Below are positions 47,528 through 57,140 of a DNA stretch of 64,000 nucleotides, piece by piece (positions within the stretch are counted from its first letter, which is position 1; the number at the start of each line of letters is the position of its first letter). The stretch is taken from contig CAYRHT010000005.1 in assembly GCA_964424195.1 (NCBI GenBank), positions 8,864 through 72,863 on the forward strand, written 5' to 3'. A program made the translations under genes and the position numbers. Under the pieces are notes generated by a model. It saw nothing but the letters and a program-made list of their open reading frames with translations, was not told where the DNA came from and did not search any database. The DNA is from an uncultured Gammaproteobacteria bacterium (GTDB lineage: Bacteria > Patescibacteriota > Patescibacteriia > UBA1558 > S5-K13).

Positions 47528-48046
47528 ATGTTAAATAAAAAAATAGAAGAAGCAATAAATAAGCAAATCAATGCTGAATTATGGTCAGCTTATCTTTATC
47601 TATCAATGTCTGCTTACTTTGAATCAGAAAATTTACCTGGTTTTGCTAATTGGATGAAAGTTCAATATCAAGAAGAAGTAAGTCATGCTATGAAGTTCTT
47701 TGATTATATCAATGAAAGAGGTGGGAGAGTTAATTTAATGCCAATAGCTGAAGTTAAAACAGACTGGAAAGATGCAGTGAGTATTTTTGAAGAAACTTTA
47801 GCTCACGAACAAAAAGTAACTGGAATGATAAATAGTTTAGTAGATCTAGCTATTCTTGAAAAAGATCATGCTAGTAATAATATGTTACAGTGGTATGTGG
47901 ATGAGCAGGTAGAGGAAGAAGCTAATGCCGATGCTTTATTACAACAATTAAAAATGTTAAATAATAATCAACAAGGTTTGTTAATGTTGGATCGAGAATT
48001 ACAAAACAGAACTTTTGTTGACGAAACTAAAGAAATTAATAATTAA
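47528..48046 (+). CDS. ftnA: non-haem ferritin
   Basis: INAELWSAYLYLSM, EEVSHA, LQWYVDEQVEEE. Confidence 0.92.
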   Translation: MLNKKIEEAINKQINAELWSAYLYLSMSAYFESENLPGFANWMKVQYQEEVSHAMKFFDYINERGGRVNLMPIAEVKTDWKDAVSIFEETLAHEQKVTGMINSLVDLAILEKDHASNNMLQWYVDEQVEEEANADALLQQLKMLNNNQQGLLMLDRELQNRTFVDETKEINN

Positions 48047-48057
48047 ATAAGAAAAAT

Positions 48058-48642
48058 ATGGAAAAAACAATTAAAAACTTAGCAGCAGCTTTTATTGGAG
48101 AAAGCCAAGCTAGAAATCGCTATACTTTGTATAGTGGTATTGCTAAAAAAGAAGGTTATGAAAAAATAGCTGGAATTTTTGAAACAACTGCTAACCAAGA
48201 AAGAGAACATGCTAAATGGTTAATGCGAATGATTAATGAATTAAAGTGTAAAGCTGAAAATGCTAGTGATTATGATGAAATTAAGGTTGATGCTGGATGT
48301 CCAACCATCTTGAAGGATACAGTTAATAATCTCAAAGCAGCTATTGTTGGTGAGAATCATGAATATACCAGTATGTATCCAGAGTTTGCTAAGATTGCAG
48401 AAGAAGAAGGTCTAACAGAAGTAGCTAAGAGATTAAAAGCTATTGCTGTAGCTGAATCATTTCATGAAGAAAGATATCAAAAAGCATTAACAGAATTAGA
48501 AAACAAATCTGTCTTTAAAAAAGAAGAAAAAACCTATTGGGTTTGTCGAAATTGTGGTTATGTTCACGAAGGAGAAGAATCTTTAGAAGTTTGTCCTTCT
48601 TGTTCTCATCCTCAAGCTTATTTCGAAGAAAAATGTCTTTAG
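48058..48642 (+). CDS. rbr: rubrerythrin
   Basis: GESQARNRY, EREHA, ENHE, C-terminal CRNCG..CPSC. Confidence 0.92.
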   Translation: MEKTIKNLAAAFIGESQARNRYTLYSGIAKKEGYEKIAGIFETTANQEREHAKWLMRMINELKCKAENASDYDEIKVDAGCPTILKDTVNNLKAAIVGENHEYTSMYPEFAKIAEEEGLTEVAKRLKAIAVAESFHEERYQKALTELENKSVFKKEEKTYWVCRNCGYVHEGEESLEVCPSCSHPQAYFEEKCL

Positions 48643-48669
48643 AATTAATTAAATATTAAATAAAATTAT

Positions 48670-49077
48670 ATGACTAAGAAAAGAGAAATTTATAAATGTG
48701 AAGTCTGTGGAAATGTTACTGAAGTTCTACATACTGGTGCTGGAGAATTAGTTTGTTGTGGTCAGGCCATGAAATTAATTACTGAAAAAACAGAAGACGA
48801 AGGTCAGGAAAAACATTTACCAGTTATTGAACAATTACCAGACAATGTTTGTCGAGGTGGTGATGGAATTATTGTTAAAGTTGGAGAAGTTACTCATCCG
48901 ATGGAAGAAGAGCATTATATTGAATGGGTAGAAGTAGAAACTAAAACTGGTAAAATTGGTAAACACTTTCTAAAACCAGGAGACAGTACAGAAATGGAAT
49001 TTCAAACTAGAGATGAGATAATTGAAGTTAGAGTTTATTGTAATATTCATGGTTTGTGGGTTAAAAAGATTAATTAA
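48670..49077 (+). CDS. dfx: desulfoferrodoxin / superoxide reductase
   Basis: CEVCGN..CCG, EKHLP, HPMEEEHYI, CNIHGLW. Confidence 0.92.
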   Translation: MTKKREIYKCEVCGNVTEVLHTGAGELVCCGQAMKLITEKTEDEGQEKHLPVIEQLPDNVCRGGDGIIVKVGEVTHPMEEEHYIEWVEVETKTGKIGKHFLKPGDSTEMEFQTRDEIIEVRVYCNIHGLWVKKIN

Positions 49078-49136
49078 TTATTTGAAAATAAAAAACTGCG
49101 ATAACTTATAGCTATCGCAGTATATGAGAGGATTAG

Positions 49137-49520
49137 TTACAGATTAGTTTTTACTGTAATTATTCCTGTCGTAAGATATGTAGTTATTGTTTCATTGATT
49201 GAAGGTTCCGGGCATATTCTGTTGAAAGCAACTTCAATTTTGATTTCTGCACTACCGCTAACTCTTTCAATAATCATTTTTCCCAATGTATAATCATATG
49301 TTATTTTTACTACGCTTCCGTCGGGAAGAGTTATATTTTCTACTTCCGGCAATGGTTCAGGAATTGTCTCGCTGCAATCATAGATTTCTTGTTCAGAGAA
49401 ACTTCCTAAGCTTGTCTGTCCTGCTACGGTTAATTTTACTTTTGCTTGGTAATAAGTATTATCAGCATAAGCAAATCCTGCCAACACTAATACGACTAAG
49501 ACTAACATGATCTTTTTCAT
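49137..49520 (-). CDS. secreted hypothetical protein (orphan, SD)
   Basis: Signal peptide; AAAGGAG upstream. Confidence 0.55.
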   Translation of the reverse strand: MKKIMLVLVVLVLAGFAYADNTYYQAKVKLTVAGQTSLGSFSEQEIYDCSETIPEPLPEVENITLPDGSVVKITYDYTLGKMIIERVSGSAEIKIEVAFNRICPEPSINETITTYLTTGIITVKTNL

Positions 49521-49667
49521 TTTTTCTCCTTTGTTTAGTTTTTTACGATTACAAGTACAAATTCTATGTACCTTTTTCTAAACTATTTTTTAATTCCTCC
49601 TTATCTAAGGTAAAATATCAAGAATTCATTAATATGTCAAGTATTTGAAGTATCATATAATAAATTT

Positions 49668-50528
49668 ATGCCAGAATTGCCAGAAGTACAAACTATCGTA
49701 GATGATTTGAATCAAAGTGCTCTTAATAAAAAGATTAAGAAGATCGATATTCTATTATCTAAGATTGTTAAAAGAGCTAATAAGAGGTTTATTGATGTCT
49801 TAAAGAATAATAGTTTTCAAAATATAAGTCGAAGAGGGAAATATATCATTTTTTCTTTAAAGAATAATCAATTTTTAGTTATTCATTTACGAATGACTGG
49901 TCAAATTATTTATAGACAGAAAGATAGTCTAATTGCTGGTGGACATAGTGATCAAAATAATAATTTTAACTTACCAAGCAAACAAACTCATGTAATTATC
50001 TATTTTAATGATGATTCACAGTTATTTTACAATGATCAGAGACAATTTGGTTATTTAGAAATTATTAACCGAGAAGAATTAAAAAAACTTGATAATAGAA
50101 TTGGTATTGAACCTTTATGTCCTCAGTTTACTCTAAAATATTTTAAAGATTTATTAAAAAATAGTAAGAGAAATGTTAAAGCTTTCTTATTAGATCAAAA
50201 ATATGTAGCAGGCTTAGGAAATATTTATGTAGATGAATCTTTGTTTCTAGCCTATGTTCTACCAACTCGTTCAGTAGATTCTCTAAATGAAAAAGAGACT
50301 AAGGATTTATATCAAGCTATTAAAAAAGTTTTAAAACAAGCTATTAAACATCGGGGAACTACTTTTAACAATTACAAAGATGCTCATGGTCGGAAAGGTA
50401 GTTTTATAAACAGATTAAAGGTTTATGGACAGGAGAATAAGGAGTGTTTTCGATGTCATCAGGGAGTTATTAAAAAGATTCGAGTAGCTGGACGAGGAAC
50501 TAGATATTGTCCAAAGTGTCAAAAATAA
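49668..50528 (+). CDS. mutM: formamidopyrimidine-DNA glycosylase
   Basis: MPELPEV, RRGKY, HLRMTG, GLGNIYVDE, C-terminal Zn finger. Confidence 0.96.
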   Translation: MPELPEVQTIVDDLNQSALNKKIKKIDILLSKIVKRANKRFIDVLKNNSFQNISRRGKYIIFSLKNNQFLVIHLRMTGQIIYRQKDSLIAGGHSDQNNNFNLPSKQTHVIIYFNDDSQLFYNDQRQFGYLEIINREELKKLDNRIGIEPLCPQFTLKYFKDLLKNSKRNVKAFLLDQKYVAGLGNIYVDESLFLAYVLPTRSVDSLNEKETKDLYQAIKKVLKQAIKHRGTTFNNYKDAHGRKGSFINRLKVYGQENKECFRCHQGVIKKIRVAGRGTRYCPKCQK

Positions 50529-50545
50529 TTAATTAATATAATATT

Positions 50546-51082
50546 ATGAAAAAATCAATAAAATGGATTGTAATTAGCTTAATAATAATTGTCGTACTTA
50601 TAGTATTCGCTGGGATGTATAAATTTAACTATTTAGCTAACCAAAAGGGATATGACGTGGATGGTAATAAAATTAAAAATGAGGAAAAAATTACTGAGAA
50701 AAATATCAAACCAGAAGCAGAGTTAGAATTAGAGGCAAAATTTACTTATCAAGGGAATTTAATAGATGTCTCTGGAGGATTAGCTTCGGGAATAGCTCAA
50801 GCAAATTTTTCTGAAGGGATTTATGATTTATTAGCAGAATTTAAAGACTTACCAGAACCTCAAGGAACAGATTTCTATGAAGGTTGGGTTGTTAGAAAGA
50901 GTCCTTTTGCTTTTATTAGTACTGGTAAAGCAATTAAAGAGGATGGAATTTATTCAAACTCTTTTTCAACTGAAAAAAACTATTTAGAATATGATTTCTA
51001 TGTTTTAACTATTGAACCTGATGATGGAGATCCTGCACCAGATAAACATATTTTAGAAGGAACTATGGAAGAGATTAATTAA
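50546..51082 (+). CDS. membrane-anchored protein with anti-sigma-K (RskA)-like C-terminal domain
   Basis: TM; 'LPEP..FYEGWV...VLTIEP..DPAP..HILEG'. Confidence 0.55.
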   Translation: MKKSIKWIVISLIIIVVLIVFAGMYKFNYLANQKGYDVDGNKIKNEEKITEKNIKPEAELELEAKFTYQGNLIDVSGGLASGIAQANFSEGIYDLLAEFKDLPEPQGTDFYEGWVVRKSPFAFISTGKAIKEDGIYSNSFSTEKNYLEYDFYVLTIEPDDGDPAPDKHILEGTMEEIN

Positions 51083-51126
51083 TGATTTTTTGCTATAATA
51101 GACTCATTATAATTAAATAAAAATAC

Positions 51127-51633
51127 ATGGAAGTAAATCAATTGCCAATTATGAACATGGATAATTCTGAAACTAAGTGTTGTCCTAAATTTAATCCAGA
51201 AGCATGGGAGAATCAAACTATTGTTTTTGATAACAAATTATTTGTTAAAACTCAGACAAAAAGTTTTTTACACATACCTCTGGGTCTAGGAAAAATGTGG
51301 ATGAGAACTTTAAACGCTATCAAAGGAGTAGATGCAGAATTGAAAGATAATTATTTTACACTTTCTTATGATCCATCACCTTGGAAAGGAGAACATTATT
51401 TTGCAGTAACTAAAGATGTTCCGGGAGAAGAAATGGTTAAATTGAGTGGAGAATATTTAACTAAGGTTTTTGAAGGTCCTTTTAGTCAGGTTGGTAAATG
51501 GGCTAAAGAAATGGAAACATATGTAGAGTCTAAAGATAAAGAAGTGAAGAAAGTTTATTTCTTCTATACTTCTTGTCCTAAATGTGCAAAACATTATGGA
51601 AAAAATTATGTAGTAGCTTTGGCTCAAGTATAA
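51127..51633 (+). CDS. conserved hypothetical protein (GyrI-like fold)
   Basis: CCPKFNP..W; KVFEGPF; YTSCPKCAKHYGKNYVV. Confidence 0.6.
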   Translation: MEVNQLPIMNMDNSETKCCPKFNPEAWENQTIVFDNKLFVKTQTKSFLHIPLGLGKMWMRTLNAIKGVDAELKDNYFTLSYDPSPWKGEHYFAVTKDVPGEEMVKLSGEYLTKVFEGPFSQVGKWAKEMETYVESKDKEVKKVYFFYTSCPKCAKHYGKNYVVALAQV

Positions 51634-51651
51634 TAAGTTTATATTATTTTA

Positions 51652-52178
51652 AAACCGAGTTAGTAATAGCTCGGTTTTTTGTTTGACATAATTTTTAGAT
51701 GGAGATAATATTAAATATTATTAATAAAAAATAAATTAAATTAGGAGGAAGAATGTCTAGATTTTACTATTATATTTTTGATGGTAATAAACTTCGAAAG
51801 ATTAGTAAAAAAGAAGCAAAGGAATCTTGTCAGTTTTTTAGAGCTATTAATATGAAAGTAGTTTTAGAAAATTTAGAACCGATCTCTGAGAAATCTGGCA
51901 AGGTTAAGAGCAGTTTATTAGAGGAATTTGAAGTTGGGGAAAAATATGTTTTAAGAACGGCTGAACATAGTCTTAATGGACTGGTAGTCTCTAAATCTTT
52001 TTCTAATGCTGATTTTTTGGGAACAGAAATTGTATCAAAAGAGGTATATTTTTATGCCTGTTGGGGGGATACAAGAGAAGGTTGTGTATTTGATTTTAGT
52101 GATAGAACTAAAAAATTGGAAATACTCTCCCATATTAAATAAAATAAATAAACCGAGTTAGCAATAGCTCGGTTTTTT
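51652..52178 (+). repeat. 29-bp direct repeats (terminator hairpins) at 51652-51680 and 52150-52178 flanking an orphan gene
   Basis: AAACCGAGTTAG(T/C)AATAGCTCGGTTTTTT, 28 of 29 identical. Confidence 0.85.
51753..52142 (+). CDS. hypothetical protein (orphan, strong SD)
   Basis: AGGAGG SD; own TTGACA..TAATAT promoter. Confidence 0.6.
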   Translation: MSRFYYYIFDGNKLRKISKKEAKESCQFFRAINMKVVLENLEPISEKSGKVKSSLLEEFEVGEKYVLRTAEHSLNGLVVSKSFSNADFLGTEIVSKEVYFYACWGDTREGCVFDFSDRTKKLEILSHIK

Positions 52179-52241
52179 TGTTCTTTATATTCTCCTTTTT
52201 TTCCTTTATACTAAATATATTACTAAATTAATAAAAAATTT

Positions 52242-53078
52242 ATGACTTGGTTTGTGTTATCAATATTATCTGGATTATTATTTGCCTTGGCAAGAGCAAT
52301 TTCTAGAGTATATCTAAAAAAACAAGGTAATGCTTTGGCTTTTACAGCAATCCACGATTTTATTGCTGGACTTGTTTTATTGCCAATAATTTTTATTGGT
52401 TTTCATTGGCCAACTAAAGCTATAACTTGGTTATATTTTGCAGGTATTGTAGTTTTTGCTTTTTTGTCAGATTGGTTAGCATTTATTGCTTTGAAAAAAA
52501 TTGATATTTCAACATATCAAATAGTTAGTCAGGTGAGACATTTTTTTGTGCTTATTAGCGGTTTGTTTTTATTTTCAGAAGTTATTGTAATGAATAAACT
52601 TCTAGCAATTAGTTTAATTATAGTTGGTGTAATAGTCTCTTTGTATCGAAAAACAAAAATTGATTGGAATAAGGGAATAGGTTTAACTATTCTAAGCACT
52701 TTATCAGCTGTTATTGCTTTTGCATTTGCTAAGTTTGCAGTGAGAGATTTTTCAGAAATTATGGTAGCCTCTTTGGAATTAATGTTAATTGGTTTATTAA
52801 GTTTTAGTTTAATGAAATTTGATATAAGAAGTTTATCAAAAGAATTTAAGATAAATAAATGGGGTTTAATTTTAGCAGGACTTTTCTTTGGACTCTTCGA
52901 AATGTTCTTGTTCTATGCTTTAAAAATTGGTGAAATATCAAAAGTAATTCCAGTGACTCAGAGCTCTTTGGTATTTGGAGTTTTAATAGGGATTATATTT
53001 ATGGGAGAAAAGAAAAATCTTATTCGAAAAATTATAGGTATGTTAATTATAGTTGGAGGAATTATTTTGTTAAATTAG
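52242..53078 (+). CDS. EamA/DMT family transporter
   Basis: About 10 TM segments in two repeats. Confidence 0.8.
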   Translation: MTWFVLSILSGLLFALARAISRVYLKKQGNALAFTAIHDFIAGLVLLPIIFIGFHWPTKAITWLYFAGIVVFAFLSDWLAFIALKKIDISTYQIVSQVRHFFVLISGLFLFSEVIVMNKLLAISLIIVGVIVSLYRKTKIDWNKGIGLTILSTLSAVIAFAFAKFAVRDFSEIMVASLELMLIGLLSFSLMKFDIRSLSKEFKINKWGLILAGLFFGLFEMFLFYALKIGEISKVIPVTQSSLVFGVLIGIIFMGEKKNLIRKIIGMLIIVGGIILLN

Positions 53079-53088
53079 GGATAATCAT

Positions 53089-54354
53089 ATGAAAGTAATT
53101 GCGGATTTACATATTCATTCTCGTTTTTCGAGATGTTGTTCAAAAAATATTACTATTCCTGAATTAGCTAAATGGGCTGAGATAAAAGGAATAGATATTT
53201 TGGCTACTTCTGATTTTACTCATCCACAATGGTTAGCGGAGATAAAAGAGAATTTAAAAGATAATGGCCAGGGTTTATTTGTTTTTAAAAAAGGGGAATA
53301 CAAAACTCATTTTATTTTATCTACGGAAGTTGCTTGTATTTACAAAAGAGGAGATCAATGTCGACGATTACATCTTTGTATCTTATTCCCTAGTATTATA
53401 GCTGTAGAGAAGTTTAACAAGAAATTAGAGAGTTTAGATAAAAATTTAAAATCAGATGGTCGACCAATTTTAGGACTAGATGTTCGAGAAGTTGTTGATA
53501 TAGCTTTGCAGGCTAATGAAAGAGCTTTAATTATTCCAGCTCATATTTGGACTCCTTGGTTTGCAATGTTTGGCTCTAAATCTGGTTTTAATACTGCTGA
53601 AGAATGTTTTGGAGAATATACTAAACATATTTATGCTGTAGAAACTGGATTGTCATCAGATCCTTTAATGAATTGGATGGTTTCAGACTTAGACAAGTTT
53701 TTGTTAGTCTCTAATTCAGATGCTCATAGTCCAGAGAACCTAGGAAGAGAAGCTAATGCTTGGGAATTAGAAGATTTTTCTTATGATGAGATATATAATA
53801 TTTTTAAGAACAAAGATAAGAAGAAATTCTTATACACTATTGAATTTTATCCAGAAGAAGGTAAATATCATCATGATGGGCATTTAAAATGTGGAATTTC
53901 TTTAACTCCTGAAGAAAGCAAAAAGAATAAAGGGATTTGTCCGGTTTGTAAGAAACCATTGATTATTGGAACTATGAATCGAGTAATGGAATTAGCAGAT
54001 CGAAGTATAGAAGAGGTAGAAAAAATAAGAGAGCAGTTTGTTCCTTATAAGTCTTTAATTCCTTTGAAGGAAATTATTGGAGAAATTGAGAATGTTGGTT
54101 CAAAAAGTAAGAAAGTTGATCATATTTATCACAAACTAATTAAAAAAGGAGAAAACGAATTTAACCTTTTGTTGAATATTGATATTGAGAATCTTAAAAT
54201 TATTGGTGGTGAAGTCTTTGCCGAAGCAATTCAAAGAATGAGGGATGCTAAAGTTAATTTGCAACCAGGGTACGATGGTAAGTATGGAGTTATTAAAGTT
54301 TTTAAGGAAAATGAATTGAAAAAGATTAGAGGTAAGCAAAAGAGTTTGTTTTAG
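53089..54354 (+). CDS. PHP-domain endonuclease Q family (TIGR00375-like) protein
   Basis: ADLHIHSRFS, PAHIWTPW, ETGLSSD, SNSDAHS, GKYH..C..CPVC, PGYDGKYG. Confidence 0.85.
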   Translation: MKVIADLHIHSRFSRCCSKNITIPELAKWAEIKGIDILATSDFTHPQWLAEIKENLKDNGQGLFVFKKGEYKTHFILSTEVACIYKRGDQCRRLHLCILFPSIIAVEKFNKKLESLDKNLKSDGRPILGLDVREVVDIALQANERALIIPAHIWTPWFAMFGSKSGFNTAEECFGEYTKHIYAVETGLSSDPLMNWMVSDLDKFLLVSNSDAHSPENLGREANAWELEDFSYDEIYNIFKNKDKKKFLYTIEFYPEEGKYHHDGHLKCGISLTPEESKKNKGICPVCKKPLIIGTMNRVMELADRSIEEVEKIREQFVPYKSLIPLKEIIGEIENVGSKSKKVDHIYHKLIKKGENEFNLLLNIDIENLKIIGGEVFAEAIQRMRDAKVNLQPGYDGKYGVIKVFKENELKKIRGKQKSLF

Positions 54355-54458
54355 ATTTTAAATGTAATAAAAAATCTCCTCACGACAAGGAGGGAGATTT
54401 TTGTTTTTATTTTAGCAGCATCCGCAGCCTTCTTTAGGAGGTGTCATATATTTTTATT

Positions 54459-54704
54459 TTATCTATTAAACATTTTTCCAATAGTAGCTCTGAGGAATTC
54501 ATCATTTAAACCAGTAACCATTAACATACCAAAGAACAAGACAATTAAACCTATAAATTTATACATCAACCTAGTTCCACCAGAAGATCCTAATTTAGAC
54601 TCAGCCCAATTACTATAACCAAAGTTATTAACTATCCAATCAGCTTTCCAAACTGTTAAAAATCCTACGCCAGCCATTAATAGTCCACCAATTATTTTAC
54701 CCAT
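54459..54704 (-). CDS. small membrane protein
   Basis: Two TM segments; 'WAESKLG..GGTRLMYKFIG'. Confidence 0.65.
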   Translation of the reverse strand: MGKIIGGLLMAGVGFLTVWKADWIVNNFGYSNWAESKLGSSGGTRLMYKFIGLIVLFFGMLMVTGLNDEFLRATIGKMFNR

Positions 54705-54857
54705 AGTTTTTATTTATTTAAGTATATTTTATCAGAAAAAATACTATCATTCCAGCTTAGATTAAAGACTTGAAGTATGATATTATTAGAATAGTGCTGT
54801 TTTAGCTTATTTTTTAATAAATAGACATCAGCTATTGTAATTTTTATATCTCAAGAA

Positions 54858-55751
54858 ATGAAAAACGTTCATTGTAAAAAAAATAAAAAATCCTTTAAAA
54901 ATAAAGATTTTGTTTTTGAAAATTTAGGATTCCAACCACAAGTATTAGAAATTATTAAAAGAAATATTTATCGTTCTCGAGGTATTATTTTAGTAAGTGG
55001 AATTATTGGTTCTGGTAAATCAACTACCTTGTATTCTATTTTAAAGATTTTAGATGCCCAGAGATTTAAGATTGCTACTATTGAAGATGCTATTAGATAT
55101 AAAGTGAAAGGGATTGATCAATCGAGAGTAAATTCTAAAATTGGACTTAACTTTCTTACTAGTTTGAAGTCATTTCTTCGTCAAGATTCAGATATTATCA
55201 TGATTGATGAGATTCAAGATTTAGAAGTTCTAAAAGTCATGACAGAAGCTGTTTTAACGGGACATTTAATCCTCTCAAGTATCAATAGTGAAAATGTTTT
55301 AGAGACTCTGAAATTGCTTTCAGATGCAGATATTCCAAACTTTTTAATAGCAGATACTATTAATGTTGTAATTTCTCAAAAATTAGTTAGAAAAATATGT
55401 CCACACTGTATTCAAGACCATAATCCTAGTAAAAAAGACATAAATCAATTAAAAAAAATATCAGACTTTAATTATCTTTTAGAAAAAATAGACAAGAAAT
55501 CCGATTTATCTTTCCATAAAGGTAAGGGATGTCGAAAATGTAAATATACTGGATATCAAGGAAAGATTGGAATATATGAAGTTTTAGAAAATAGTAGAGA
55601 AATAAGTGGTTTAATTTTAAAAGGTATAAGTTTAGAAGAAATTAGAAAACAAGCTATAAAAAATGGTATGATTACCATATTAGAAGATGCTTTTCTAAAA
55701 GCTCAGAACGGTATTACTACCATAGAAGAGATTTTAAAAGTTTTTAAATAA
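54858..55751 (+). CDS. GspE/PilB-like ATPase, C-terminal domain only, degenerate motifs
   Basis: GIIGSGKSTT, LRQDSDIIMIDEI, CPHC..CRKC; lacks the N-terminal domains. Confidence 0.8.
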   Translation: MKNVHCKKNKKSFKNKDFVFENLGFQPQVLEIIKRNIYRSRGIILVSGIIGSGKSTTLYSILKILDAQRFKIATIEDAIRYKVKGIDQSRVNSKIGLNFLTSLKSFLRQDSDIIMIDEIQDLEVLKVMTEAVLTGHLILSSINSENVLETLKLLSDADIPNFLIADTINVVISQKLVRKICPHCIQDHNPSKKDINQLKKISDFNYLLEKIDKKSDLSFHKGKGCRKCKYTGYQGKIGIYEVLENSREISGLILKGISLEEIRKQAIKNGMITILEDAFLKAQNGITTIEEILKVFK

Positions 55752-55772
55752 TATAATTTTAAGATAAATACT

Positions 55773-56471
55773 ATGCTTCAATCAGCTCCCAAAAGTTTTA
55801 GAGATAATAAATCAAGCTTACCTGCTAGGAAGAGTGTTTTTGATTCCATTGACGCTCAAAAGATTGGAGAGGGTAAGTATTTTAGAGAAGGAAAATTTGG
55901 TCATAAAAGGAATGCAGGACTTAAGGGGCAATTAAGTAAAATTAAAAGAACTGGTAAATTAGCTGCTAAGAATCTTTCTAAAAAGAATTTGAATGATATT
56001 TATGGCATGATATCTGGTCGTTTAAAAAAACATAATAGAGGTTATGGAGCGCATATTAACAGAAAAGATAAAGTAGGGATTATGCGAGATGCTGAGAAAT
56101 TAGTTCGTACCAAGGGCAGCAAGTTTAGTAGAGAGGATAAAGCTGATTTAAAAAAGATAGTGAATTCTTTAGAAAATCAAAGCAGTAAGAATATTTTAAA
56201 AAAGAGAAATAATTTTGAACAAGCAGAGTTGCATAATCCAAAAGAGAATATTTCAGAAACTAGTTTAAACAAAAAAGTAAATCTAAATAGTTCTATTCAA
56301 AGTTTAAATAATATAAATAATTCTCAGCAAAAAGAGCAGAAAGATATTACTGAAGAAATAGAGCCTGAATCAGAAGAGGATTTAAATATTCCAATACCAA
56401 ATATTAGTCAAAATCAACCTGATGAAGAAATAGAAGAGTCAGAAAACCAAGTTGAAGAAATGGTAATTTAA
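55773..56471 (+). CDS. hypothetical protein, basic N-terminus and acidic disordered C-terminus
   Basis: 232-aa ORF in an operon with the ATPase. Confidence 0.55.
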   Translation: MLQSAPKSFRDNKSSLPARKSVFDSIDAQKIGEGKYFREGKFGHKRNAGLKGQLSKIKRTGKLAAKNLSKKNLNDIYGMISGRLKKHNRGYGAHINRKDKVGIMRDAEKLVRTKGSKFSREDKADLKKIVNSLENQSSKNILKKRNNFEQAELHNPKENISETSLNKKVNLNSSIQSLNNINNSQQKEQKDITEEIEPESEEDLNIPIPNISQNQPDEEIEESENQVEEMVI

Positions 56472-56494
56472 ATTATTAATAATTATAGAAAAAT

Positions 56495-57139
56495 ATGAAA
56501 ATTAGTTCTTATGGACATTCCTGTTTTAAAATTAAATGTAAGGATTTAACATTGTTAATAGATCCTTATGACAATACTATTGGTTTGAAAGCTCCTAAAA
56601 CAAAAGCAGATGCTGTTTTAGTTACTCATGATCATCGTGATCATAATAATGTGGGTGCTGCTGGTAAAGAGGCTATTGTTATCAATGGTCCTGGAGAATA
56701 TGAGATCAAGGGAACATTTATTTACGGTAAGGAAGCTAATCATGATAATAAAGATGGAGTAGAAAGAGGTGTAATGACTATGTATTTAATTGAAGATGAA
56801 AAAGTTAGAGTTGCTCATTTAGGAGATTTAGGACAAAAACAGTTAACTAAAGATCAATTAGAATTTTTAGATAATGTCGATGTGCTATTAATTCCAGTTG
56901 GAGGAGAATATACTATCAATAGTAGTGAGGCTATTAATATAATTAATGATATTGAGCCTCGGATTGTTATTCCAATGCATTATAATGTTCCAGGATTAAA
57001 ATTATCTAAAACTTTGGATAAAGTTGATAATTTTGTTAAGGAAATTGGTTTAACGCCGGAAAATTTAGATGAACTTAAAGTTACTCATGATAGTTTACCA
57101 AGTAGTGAGTTAAGATTAGTTACTTTAAAGTCTCAATAA
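56495..57139 (+). CDS. MBL-fold metallo-hydrolase
   Basis: GHSCF, THDHRDH, HLGDLG, IPMHY. Confidence 0.88.
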   Translation: MKISSYGHSCFKIKCKDLTLLIDPYDNTIGLKAPKTKADAVLVTHDHRDHNNVGAAGKEAIVINGPGEYEIKGTFIYGKEANHDNKDGVERGVMTMYLIEDEKVRVAHLGDLGQKQLTKDQLEFLDNVDVLLIPVGGEYTINSSEAINIINDIEPRIVIPMHYNVPGLKLSKTLDKVDNFVKEIGLTPENLDELKVTHDSLPSSELRLVTLKSQ

Positions 57140-57140
57140 G

